The notes under the pieces are model-generated. The model searched no databases. It saw nothing but the letters and a program-made list of their open reading frames with translations, and was not told the DNA's origin. Shown here one piece after another: positions 11,432 through 22,306 of a stretch of DNA of 64,000 nt. This stretch comes from Macrostomum lignano. Lineage: Eukaryota. Every line of letters starts with the position of its first letter. The stretch's first letter is position 1. The stretch lies in the NCBI GenBank assembly GCA_002269645.1, contig NIVC01001731.1:124001-188000 (forward strand). Direction: 5' to 3'. Position numbers and translations under genes: made by a program.

Positions 11432-12179
11432 TATGTGGCGGCACTCTGGTGGTGTCATGAGTGAGGCATATGTGGCGGCACTCTGGTGGTGTCATGAGTG
11501 AGGCATATGTGGCGGCACTCTGGTGGTGTCAGGGGTGAGGCATGTGGCGGCACTCTGGTGGTGTCAGGAGTGAGGCATGTGGCGGCACTCTGGTGGTGTC
11601 ATGAGTGAGGCATATGTGGCGGCACTCTGGTGGTGTCATGAGTGAGGCATATGTGGCGGCACTCTGGTGGTGTCAGGAGTGAGGCATGTGGCGGCACTCT
11701 GGTGTGTCGAGAGTGAGGCAGATAGCCGAAGGAGCCTGTTCAAGTGGCATTCTGTATGCTCGCCCACACAATAGCATATATAGCAAGAATTTGCATATCT
11801 TACTGATGTGGAAGCAAAATGAAGTAGCTAATTCTATTTTTAACGGCAAGCCAGATTTCGCTTGCTCCAATCAATCAGTATGTTAATTACAGCCTAGTGT
11901 TCTAGGAATAGAATTGCCTATTATAATACCGCGCTACATATATAGCCGGAGAAGCCAATTGACAATATTTCCTAATCTAAGGTATAGTTAGATTAGGTTT
12001 AGATTTAGTTACTGAATATCTTGAATTATTTCAATCAATTAGTTATAATTAGTTCTACTATTAGAGCTACTAGTCCATTTTCCATCAAAATTTAACATTA
12101 TTGCACAATTGCACTATAGCATTTTCCAAGCCAAGCTGAGCCTGAGAGCAAGCCATCAATCAATACTTATTGGCTTATG

Positions 12180-12501
12180 GAAGCAAGCCATTGAAAACTT
12201 GCTTTTCATTGTCTATGGCCATAAAGGGTGTCTGTGGAGCAGCCGATTTTGGAATGTTGGGCGCGCAATCAGTCTATTGAATCTATGGACATTTATCGGG
12301 ACCTTGGATCCGTCCAGCTCTGCTTTTGAGAGGCACACGGGATTTGGGCCATAGACCCATTCTGGGCCAAAGACCCCCTCTGGGCCATAGACCGACCCTC
12401 CTTTTTCCATAGACACCACTTTGAGTCATGGAACCATTCTGGGCCATAGACCCCCTTTTGGGCCATAGACAATGAAAAGCCAGACTTCAATAGCTTGATT
12501 C
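12180..12501. mobile_element. Old MITE-like element with about 50-bp imperfect TIRs and internal GGCCATAGAC repeats
   Basis: 12180-12229 (GAAGCAAGCCATTGAAAACTTGCTTTTCATTGTCTATGGCC...) is the near reverse complement of 12452-12501. No TSD found. Confidence 0.5.
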
Positions 12502-12655
12502 TCCCATTGAGGAATCAACTGCTCCGTTTCAAGCTATAAATTAACAATAACTCTTTAGATTGCATTAAATAACAAGGAATTAACAACTATAGAAGCAGTA
12601 AAAACTTGATCCACTGGGTCAGCGAACGATTGTAGGTCAATAAAATTTCATCTCG

Positions 12656-12883
12656 CTATTTCCTCAGAGCTCCGGTGTATTCACGTTTCTTCTCCCTGGT
12701 GTAGGTGCTACCGTCCGCGCTGCGATAGCGCTCAACCAGGGTGACCACCTTCTTGAAGCCCTCGATTCTGGTGATCTTAGAGGCTTCAATCAGCACGTCC
12801 TCCGGGTGCTTGCCGCCGATTGTGGGCCTCGGGTCGTCGATTTTCTCCACGATTTCTTCTGCGATGGATATCAGCTGAGCCAC
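12656..12883 (-). CDS. Coding-like terminal exon (VAQLISIAEEIVEK...REYTGALRK-stop), probably a C-terminal extension of the CAP protein
   Basis: GC-rich codon usage like neighbouring exons. The nearest acceptor (gcacag|12894) puts an in-frame TGA at 12892-12890 ahead of it, so the connection is unresolved. Confidence 0.5.
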   Translation of the reverse strand: MAQLISIAEEIVEKIDDPRPTIGGKHPEDVLIEASKITRIEGFKKVVTLVERYRSADGSTYTREKKREYTGALRK

Positions 12884-12899
12884 CGTCAGTCAGTCTGTG

Positions 12900-13260
12900 C
12901 TCTACTCTTTACCTCAGTGCTCTACTCTCTACCTCTCAGTGTTCTACTCTCTACCTCAGTGTTCTACTCTCTACCTCTCAGTGTTCTACTCTCTACCTCT
13001 GTGCTCTACTCTCTAACTCTACCTCTCAGTGTTCTACTCTCCCATATTCTACTATCTACCTCACTGTTCTACTCTCTACCTCTCAGTGTTCTACTCTCTA
13101 CCTCAGTGTTCTACTCTCTACTCTGTGTTCTACTCTCTACCTCTGTGTTCTACTCAACATCTGTGCTCTACTCTCTACCTCTGTGCTCTACCTCTACCTC
13201 TCAGTGTTCTACTCTCTCATATTCTACTCTCTACCTCTCTGTGTTTTTCTCTCTACCTTA
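12900..13260 (+). repeat. About 22-bp CT-rich minisatellite (CTCTACCTCTCAGTGTTCTACT)n
   Basis: Visible degenerate tandem units. Confidence 0.88.
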
Positions 13261-13380
13261 TCTACCTTCTCCTGGTCCTGACAGTGACACCCTATCCGTT
13301 CCCTTTTAAATAGTACTTATTGTACTTTTGAAAATATTTTTTACCCACTTAACGAATCTAGCGAATCTTTCAACCCTATT

Positions 13381-14417
13381 CTACTTCAAGTAGGCTGTAT
13401 CGAGAAACACGTAAATTTAATTCTAGTTAGCAAAAAACTCACGGCCATCTCCGCCAGCCTGTTTAGTGACAAAATCGGGCAGCTTTCCGTCCCTGGTAGG
13501 CAGGACATTGTCAGCGAACTGGCCAACACAGTTGCCGCCGGGGCTGTAGCGAGCCACGGCGTACACCTTGCCGGTCTTGGAGACGGCCTTGCCGGCGCCC
13601 ATTTTAGTGGAGCTTTTCCACACTAGCTGGGAAAATGACAGCACTGGCGAGCCTTGGAAATTGGAACACGCGAGTTAGATCAGGTTCATTAGTGAGGCGT
13701 CATTTCATTTGAGGGGGCGCCATTTCATTTAAGGGGCGCCCGCGCTATTTCATTTAATGGGCGCTATTTCATTCAAGGGGTGCCATTTCATTTGAAGGGC
13801 GTGCCATTTCATTTGAAGGGCACCATTTTACTTGAGGGGGGGCGTCATTTTTTGACAGGGCGCCATTTTTTGAGGGGGCGCCATGATACATCAAAGTTTA
13901 TAAGAAAGGATATCCCAGATTCCCAATTTAAAGTACGTACCTGGCTGCACAGGTGTACTACCGCTGAAGTCGTATTTTGCCACAGTCGCGTACCAGTAGT
14001 CAGTGAACTCTCCGCCTGTGTGGGTATTTTGGGTGTAAGTAAAAGTGCGTGAAGAAAATTATAGATGGTCGCAGTTACACTGGGAGAGAATCATCACTCA
14101 CCACCCAAAAGATTTCAGAAATTCGATCATTTTTAATAGACAAGATAAAGACAAGATAAATAATTAGTGTATGAAGCATTCATGATCATTAATTCACCTG
14201 GAAAGTCTTTCTTAACCGAGCTAAACTTCATAGCCACATTCTCGCCCATCTCGCTACGGCAAGCCAGGTCGCTCTCAACGTCGTCCTTCTCAGCTAGCCT
14301 ATCGGCCCATTTCTGGGCGGCCTCGGCCAGGGCCTGGTCAAATGTTAACGGCGGTGTCTGGTGCAAATCGCGGTATTTGTTGTGCGAATCCAGCATCTGT
14401 TTGTTGAAGTTGTTCAT
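13381..14417 (-). CDS. GAPR-1/GLIPR2-like intracellular CAP (SCP/TAPS) domain protein with degenerate His/Glu tetrad
   Basis: Exons 14417-14198, 14015-13941 and 13643-13443 join with phase-1 GT-AG introns to give HNKYRDLHQTPPL...GENVA...WY...YDF...FSQLVWKSSTKMG...VARYSPGGN. No signal peptide. The simplest last exon is 13394-13381 (PYLK-stop) after a 48-nt intron with CTAAC branch point; the 3' end is uncertain. Confidence 0.82.
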
Positions 14418-15942
14418 CCTTCTCGGAGTTGTGTACTTTCTGAGTTTATTTAAGGGTTAGTAAGTTGATTGACTATTAGTCACAGACAAGGTCGTGAAGT
14501 TATAAAAATGGATCAAAAGCGTCTGTCTGGGGGGTTATAAAATATATAGCTCGTATTCTTCACTTGAATTCACGCCAAAATAGGCAGACAGAGAAAACTG
14601 AGCTTTCGTTTCAACCCCCTTCTCCCCCAGACTTGATTGAATGTACACTCCTGACCTGGCTGGGGGGCCAAAGACAGTGAATGTACTTACACTTCCTGAC
14701 TTGGGGTGGGGAAAGATAGCGAGTGTACACCGAGGCGCGCGTCTACAGTCGGAAAAGTTAGGGGTGGTGGTGGGTTTGTCTGAAGGCCACAAGTACGAGT
14801 ACATAGAAGGGAGATTAAAAAGACAGACAAGAAGGGTTGAAAGCGAATAAGAGCGGGCAGAGAAAAAATGCTGGGATAGCGCGGAACTACGAGGCCAGCC
14901 AGTGAGTGTACAGAAAGGCCGTGTATTCACCAATCTGGGCGAATTATAACTGGTTGCTTGAGTGAATTGGTGGCCTGCGCCTGCGCCCGCGACGCAATCC
15001 ATATGAAGTGCGCATACACTGTTAAGACTGACTCTCTCGGCATTAAACTCTCGGTGTTTATGTTTGCCAATCCGTCCTGCTAGCTAACTGCTAGCTAGCT
15101 AATCACTTGTATTAGCGTGGGCGTATGTCTTGCGGCTTGGGCTTGTGACATGGCAAGCTTTATTCGTACAGCAGAAAGTAATTCCAACAGAATGTATCAT
15201 CTTAATGCGTATAAACTTAACCAACAGTCAGAACGGATATCTCGTTTCTTAACATACAGATCTTAAGCAACTTTACCCTACATGTAGGTATGGTATATGC
15301 ATGCAACTATAAATAAGAAATACTGTAACACATGTGAACGTTGACTTGCAAAATCAAGTAATATAATATAAATTAATAATGATAATTCTTCGTCTTCAAA
15401 ATCTTTATTTTTGTGTACGATTCAAATTGTAAAATTTTCGCAGTTCAATTGGCAAATAATCTTGAATTGCTTTTTCATTTGTATTACTGCTATTAACCAA
15501 TATAGCTGGGTTAAAAAATTGCCGAAATTTCCAGTAGTAAAAAAACCCCAAAAAAGAGTAAAAGTTTGATATGGCGCAGAAACCGCATTAAAATATTACT
15601 GTGTGTAGCTACTAACAGTAGGCGCAAAACAAAATAATTTCATTTGCTACAAAAATGCCAGCTATACGATTTAGCATCCCCTATTTTGTTAGTTTTAATC
15701 GCAAATTTTTTTGTAAAGATATTAATAGTTGAACAAAATCTGGCGCTAACACGTTTATTGGTCGTTCCACGGTTGGAAATTTAAAATAAAATTAGAATTT
15801 CAATCGTAGCACAAAAGTTTTATAACAAAATAAACCCGGAGGTCGTTAATTTATATTTACGGAATTACAGAGATCAAGTTTAAACAAATTAATATAATTT
15901 AATGATATTTAAAATTTTAATAGTTTTTCTCGACAATTCGTG

Positions 15943-17549
15943 TTAAACAGTCAAGAACATCTTATTCCGATGCAGTATCCAGGCAACCAGAGTCCAGAAG
16001 CTGGCGCCCCACAGGTGCATGGGCAACAGGAAGGCGTGCGTGCCGGCCGGCTGCCAGCTGCTCGGCGGCAGCCAGGTGATTGGCAGGTAGTATTCCAACA
16101 ATTCGTGCCCAACGTACACCAGGATGCTGTTGGTGCCCGGATAGTGAAATGGGCTGCCAGACCACAGCGGCTCGGCGAGTCTGGGATAATCGTTGATGAG
16201 GAACAGTGCGGCTAAGAGGATGAAAGCCAAGCCAGACAGGGCCAGGATGAAGGACAGAGACCACAGGTTCTTGTTGATCGGGATGGCTCCGGTGTCGCGG
16301 GACAGGCCGCTGAGACCCGCCGCGATCGAGCCCTGCATGCGGGGATCGGGTGGGAAAGTTGCCTGTCAGCTTTGATTTATTACTTACCTAGTTAATCTGC
16401 TGGGAAGTGGAGTCTACTCTAATTAATATATAGCACTGAACCCAACTTACCTAACTGGTGTACGGGAGCTACGTGACTACTGAATCTACCCAAATACTCT
16501 ACCCAACCTACCCAGCTACTCTGCTTAACCTACCCAGCTAATCTACCTAACCTACCCAGCTAATCTACCTAACCTACCCAGCTAATCTACCTAACCTACA
16601 CAGCTAATCTACCTAACCTACGTAGCTAATCTACCTAGCCTACCCAGCTTATGTCCCTATCAACCTACCCAGCTTATCTACCTAGTCTACCCAGCTTATG
16701 TCCCTATCAACCTACCCAGCTTATCTACCTAGTCTACCCAGCTTATGTCCCTATCAACCTACCCAGCTTATCTACCTAGTCTACCCAGCTTATCTACCTA
16801 GTCTACCCAGCTTATCTATCTAGTCTACCCAGCTTATCTATCTAGTCTACCCAGCTTATGTCCCTATCAACCTACCCAGCTTATCTACCTAGTCTACCCA
16901 GCTTATGTCTCTATCAACCTACCCAGCTTATCTACCTAGTCTACCCAGCTTATCTACCTAGTCTACCCAGCTTATCTATCTAGTCTACCCAGCTTATCTA
17001 CCCAACCTACCCAGCTTATCTACCCAACCTACCCAGCTTATCTACCCAACCTACCCAGCTTATCTACCTAACCTACCCAACTCACCCTACGGAACCCGAG
17101 CTCACCGTGACAATGCCCCAGAAGCATAGTCGCACTACAATAGCCCTATATTCGGCGCCTTTGAAGTGAGCAAAAATCCTTCCAGCCACAAAGCCCAGAT
17201 AGCACATGAAGGTGGAGGTTAAGCAGCCCAGCAGGCCCTCGGGATCGTAGGGAACGTAAGTCAGATAGGTCCGCCTGCAGGTGGGATTCCGGTACATGTG
17301 CCAGTCACCGAACACGAGCCGATCGATGTAGCCGGCGGCGCCGCCGGTGCAGTTGGAGCGGCTGCCGTTGGCCTGGATACCGCCCGGGCCCAGGTAGCCG
17401 GTGGGGCAGCCGGGGACCGGCAGGAACAGGCTGAGCAGGGTGTGCGCTACCGGCATGGTCAGGAATATTGCCCAGTGGCCCAGCAGCTGGCCCTGCTCCT
17501 CCACTATGCGGCACGGCTGCGGCTGCGGGATAGTGGCGTAGCAGTTAGT

Positions 17550-17617
<68 letters not shown>

Positions 17618-17620
17618 CTA

Positions 17621-17662
<42 letters not shown>

Positions 17663-17664
17663 GC

Positions 17665-17718
<54 letters not shown>

Positions 17719-17794
17719 GCAGACAGACAGACAGACAGACAGACAGGCAGACAGAGACAGACAGACACTAAGACAGACAGACAGGCAGGTAGGC

Positions 17795-17843
<49 letters not shown>

Positions 17844-17846
17844 GGC

Positions 17847-17884
<38 letters not shown>

Positions 17885-20800
17885 GCAGACAGACAGACAG
17901 CCTCACCTCCGGCTGGCCGGCCCTGACCAGGGCGATCTCCACGGTAGCAACACAGAAGTAGGCGACAGCCAGGCGTTGCAGAACGCCAGGAATGCGCAGC
18001 TGATCGAGTGGGACGTCTGAAAATGTTTTTTTTGGCGTAAATTCGTTTGACGTTTGATTTGTATGACAGATTGAGCTGCAGATTGCTCAGGGTTGCTCAG
18101 GATTGAATTAGGAATTTTCAGTTTGGAAACTCGGATTGAAGTTTAGAGAGGCTCTGCTCAGTGCTCACTTCGCGATGTCAGGCAGACTCCCAGCGCGAAC
18201 AGGATGGCGCTTCGGCGGCACACAGACAAGAAGGCGTCGCGCTTGCTGGCGCCGCGTCTCAGACTACGGCGCAAGGTGTAGCCTATGGCGGTGCCCATGA
18301 TGAACACGAACCTGAAGTTTGATCCGATTAAAAACAGTCAGTGCACCGCAACTGTCAGACCCTAGATCTCCGATCCCAGATCCCAATCCAGATCCCAGAT
18401 CCTAGACCCCAAACCAGATTCCAGATCCTAGATCCCAGATCTCCGATCCCAGATGTCAGTACCCGATGGGGACTAACCCCAGTTACTAACCAGGGAAAGA
18501 CCAAATCAGCCACAGTCAGCCCATTCCAGGTGCTGTGCTGAAAGAACCAATACCCGCCGCCGCCGTAATTAACGAACACCATCACGATAAGGCACAGGCC
18601 GCGGAAAGTGTCAAGACAGCGGAGCCGGCCAGGCCGACGGCCGCCAGAATGAGCCGACTGGGAGGACTGCGGCTGCTGGCTGCCCTGACCAGATGCCCGC
18701 TGGTACTGGCTGTGAATTGCCAGCGAGTCGGACTGGTTAATGTTGGCGTCAACGCTGCCCAGGTCTTGCTGGAATTCGAAAATGCTTGGGTGTCGTTTTA
18801 AAGGTGAAAATGCCGCTTTGAAGCTGCCCGGGTGCCCGTAGGCGGAAAATAAGAGTCAGATGTCAGGTGTGAAAGGCATCAGGAAACCGAGGTATCAGAA
18901 ATTCGAAGCGTCAGGAGTGCCAGAACTCGGGCGTCAGGAGTGCCAGAACTCGGGTGTCGGGAGTGCCAGAACTAGGGTGTCGGGAGTGCCAGAACTCGGG
19001 TGTCAGGAGTGCCAGAACTCGGGTGTCAGGAGTGCCAGAACTAGGGTGTCGGGAGTGCCAGAACTAGGGTGTCGGGAGTGCCAGAACTCGGGTGTCAGTA
19101 GTGCCAGAACTTGGGTGACAGGAGTGCCAGAACTCGGGTGTCGGGAGTGCCAGAACTCGGGCGTCAGGAGTGCCAGAACTCGGGTGTCAGGAGTGCCAGA
19201 ACTCGGGTGTCGGGAGTGCCAGAACTCGGGCGTCAGGAGTGCCAGAACTCGGGTGTCAGGAGTGCCAGAACTCGGGTGCCAGGAGTGCCAGAACTCGGGT
19301 GTCAGGAGTGCAGGGCGAACTAGGATTTCAAAAGTGTCATTACCTGGGTGTCAGGAGTGCCAGAACTCGGTTGTCAGGAGTGCCAGAACTTGGGTATCAG
19401 GAGTGCCAGAACTCGGGTATCAGGAGTGCCAGAACTTGGGTATCAGGAGTGCCAGAACTTGGGTATCAAGAGTGCTAGAACTCAAGTGTCAGGAGTGCCA
19501 GAACTCGGGTGTCAGGAGTGCCAGAACTTGGGTATCAGGAGAGCCAGAACTCGGGTGTCAGGAGTGCCAGAACTATATGGTATTAACTTTACCTGAGCCA
19601 CATACTCAACCTGCGAGCCGGCCTGCATACGACGCCAAAAGTCGTACCTGAATAGTAAAAAAATAGAAATGAGTAACGCAACTGTACGTGTATACTAGAA
19701 TATTAGATTGATTAAAATTAGCGGATACCACAGCAACTCACTCTCTGATGGTGTAGAAAGCAGCTCTTAGTAGAAAAAATAGCAGAATAACGCTGAGACA
19801 GATATAGAGGGCTGCAAAATGGCACACTTTGCAAACTGTGAGTAGCTTATTGAATCGGTTCTATGCAAGCTTTGTTTAAGAATCTTACGATTCTGTAGAT
19901 TCGCATTTGAAATAAAAAAAAATACTACAATTTATACACTGTATATCCCTACTTTTAGGGCGTGTATCTTAGGGTTTGGAATCTGGGATCTAGGATCTGG
20001 GATCTAGGATCTGGGATCTAGGATCTGGGATCTAGGATCTAGGATCTGGGATCTAGGATCTTAGGGTTCGGAATCTGGATCTTAGGGTTTGGAGTCTGGA
20101 TCTTATGGTTTGGAATCTGGATTATAGGGTTTAGAATCTGGATCATAGGGTTTAGAATCTGGACCTAAGGGTTTGTAATCTGGATCTTAGGGTTTGGAAT
20201 CTGGATTTTAGGGTTCGGAATCTGGATCTTAGGGTTTGGAATCTGGATTTTAGGGTTTGGAATCTGGATCTTAGGTTTCGGAATCTGGATCTTAGGTTTC
20301 GGAATCTGGATCTTAGGTTTCGGAATCTTGATCTTAGGTTTCGGAATCTGGATCTTAGGTTTCGGAATCTGGATCATAGGGTTTGGAATCTGGATCTTAG
20401 GGTTTGGAATCTGGATCATAGGGTTTGGAATCTGGATCTTAGGGTTTGGAATTTGAATATTATATTTTGGTGTCCTAGAATTTTAGACCCAATTTCACGG
20501 AAAAAGTTTCGAATCTCACGGATCAGAAAGTCGGGCCCATCTGAACGGGTCACCAGCGCGCAGAGGGGGCCGAGCGGGTCGGGTCCCAGGTCTGAGTTGT
20601 TGCTTGGCCCAATATTTAACTCGTAGGAGCCCGACTCGTGGAAACGAAAGTCCTTACTGAAAAGTTGATATTTAAATTAGCAGTATAAGTTATGCATAGG
20701 CAGTTATTGAAGACCTATTAAAGAGCTAATTAAAGCATGTCTATATGCTGGTGGCCCAATCTTTGCATATATTAACCAAAATTATGACACATTCAGATTT

Positions 20801-21137
20801 TTACCTGCAGATAGTACTATTGATGCCAGTTGTATTCACATAGGACACCATCAGCTGAGACATGAAGTTGGTTTGCACATCCAGTAGGCTGCTAGACATT
20901 GGTGACACCAGCCTTGTAAATAGCAGTGGGCAGTCATAACAATCTGCAGTCTGATACCAGACTGACAGATTAACGTTCAGTGCATTGGAAATATTGAGGA
21001 CTGCTGAGTCCATTTTGCCGTCAATGCTAGACTAGACCTTGCTTTGCACTTTCCAAGAGTTGCTTTGAGCCAAGCACAAAAGCAAATATAACTATCAATA
21101 TGGCAATTACACTGCTGAAACCCAAAACATCTGGCAT
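15943..21137 (-). CDS. HGSNAT: Heparan-alpha-glucosaminide N-acetyltransferase (TMEM76)
   Basis: Phase-consistent GT-AG exons: ~21013-20805, 20656-20520, 19811-19742, 19647-19593, 18768-18491, 18311-18169, 18016-17907, 17522-17106, 16332-15943. Diagnostic blocks [89 protein letters not shown] signal-peptide-like reading from ATG 21137 is 1 nt out of frame, so the start is uncertain. Confidence 0.95.
16520..17080 (+). repeat. About 22-bp minisatellite (CCTACCCAGCTTATCTACCTAG)-type in last HGSNAT intron
   Basis: Visible tandem units. Confidence 0.9.
17548..17900 (+). repeat. (GACA)n microsatellite filling a 384-nt HGSNAT intron
   Basis: Lies between donor 17906 and acceptor 17523. Confidence 0.95.
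18905..19575 (+). repeat. 23-bp minisatellite (AGGAGTGCCAGAACTCGGGTGTC)n in HGSNAT intron
   Basis: Visible units; explains the RVSGVPELG ORFs. Confidence 0.93.
19975..20450 (+). repeat. 14-bp then 21-bp minisatellite (GGATCTTAGGGTTTGGAATCT)n in HGSNAT intron
   Basis: Visible units; the 21-mer embeds TTAGGG. Confidence 0.92.
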
Positions 21138-22151
21138 ACAAATAGCATGAAATATAGGATCTGGAAATTCATTGAGGTAGCAAGGCATTGATTAGTAAAA
21201 TTAAAAATATTGCAATACATCTATGAATAGGATTATACAATTTTACCTACTCTTACAAAGTAAATAAAAACTAGATAAATCAAGTCTACTAATTGCTACC
21301 AAAATATATAAGTTTATAATAAGAACCTAGAGTTTAAGGTTCTATAAAAAGTCAAAATGCCATTGGTAAAAATATTGATAAGCAAGTTTCAGTAAACTCT
21401 AAAACAAATATTTTTGATCCAACTTTTTTGGACTAGATTATAATGTGTAATATGTTAAATGTATATTTAAAACAATCTTTATATAATTTTAACCATTTTT
21501 ATCATTACTATTTTACTTTTTTCATCACACTATCATTCAAAAAAATAAATCAAGATTGTAATTTAATATTAAATTAGTGTAATAGACTTTGTTTGTTTTC
21601 TTAGAAACTGCATTTTTTATATTTCCACCAATTTGATATATAGCATGAATATTAAAAGTATTTTGTACATTATAAGTTTTATTGTATAATTTGTTTTAAA
21701 TAGCAAAGAAAACTTTTAGTATAAATAGGAGAAAGTTATAAGCTAAATTAAATAAAACCCAGTTTGATAATTTTTTCTTTTCTCAATCAATTGAGCTTTT
21801 AATATCTTTTTAACAATCTTATTTTGAGATAAAATTGATAATCAGCCTCAGGGCTAGTGCTTACTCTTGTGTTACTTATTTTGAGTAGTATATAGTGGTA
21901 TAGGAATAGCACCAGAGATTAGGAGAATAAACTATTCAGAATGAGAGCTCTAGATTTAGACTCTAAGAAATTGCCTTAGAAGGCAGAATATCTACCACAT
22001 GGTAGAAAGATCTACTAGAGTGTAAGCTATGACCCTCTGATCCTAAGACAGAATGATTAGCCCTTTAACAACTTGGTGATAGCATTTATGATTTAAAGCA
22101 AGAGAAGTATACCTTCAATAGCTTAGTAGAATCAGTAAAAAGTCATACATA

Positions 22152-22306
22152 TGCAACCTTAGGAATCCACTTAGCCATTTCTATTGGTAACACACACATG
22201 TAAGTCACTATTGGCTAAGAGCAATCATGTGACTACTATTCCATCCAATAGCAACTTACATGTGTGTGTTGTCAATAGAAACAGCTGGGTGAATCCCTAG
22301 GTTGCA
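22152..22306. other. About 155-bp imperfect hairpin (MITE-like palindrome)
   Basis: Arms 22152-22213 and 22244-22306 are near reverse complements (TGCAACC...AACACACACATGTAAGT..CTATTGG), about 30-nt loop. Confidence 0.6.

Larger units (their letters stand above)
9497..11720 (+). repeat. 35-bp minisatellite (GGCACTCTGGTGGTGTCAGGAGTGAGGCATGTGGC)n split by the Tc1 insertion
   Basis: Arrays at 9497-9775 and 11434-11720; several right-hand units are 37-bp variants carrying an extra TA (gcaTAtgtgg). Confidence 0.93.

Noticed and set aside
14535-15002. 155-aa minus-strand ORF with a GWP motif vaguely like Gypsy pol
   Set aside because: Similarity too short; no RT, RNase H or integrase motifs and no element boundaries found.
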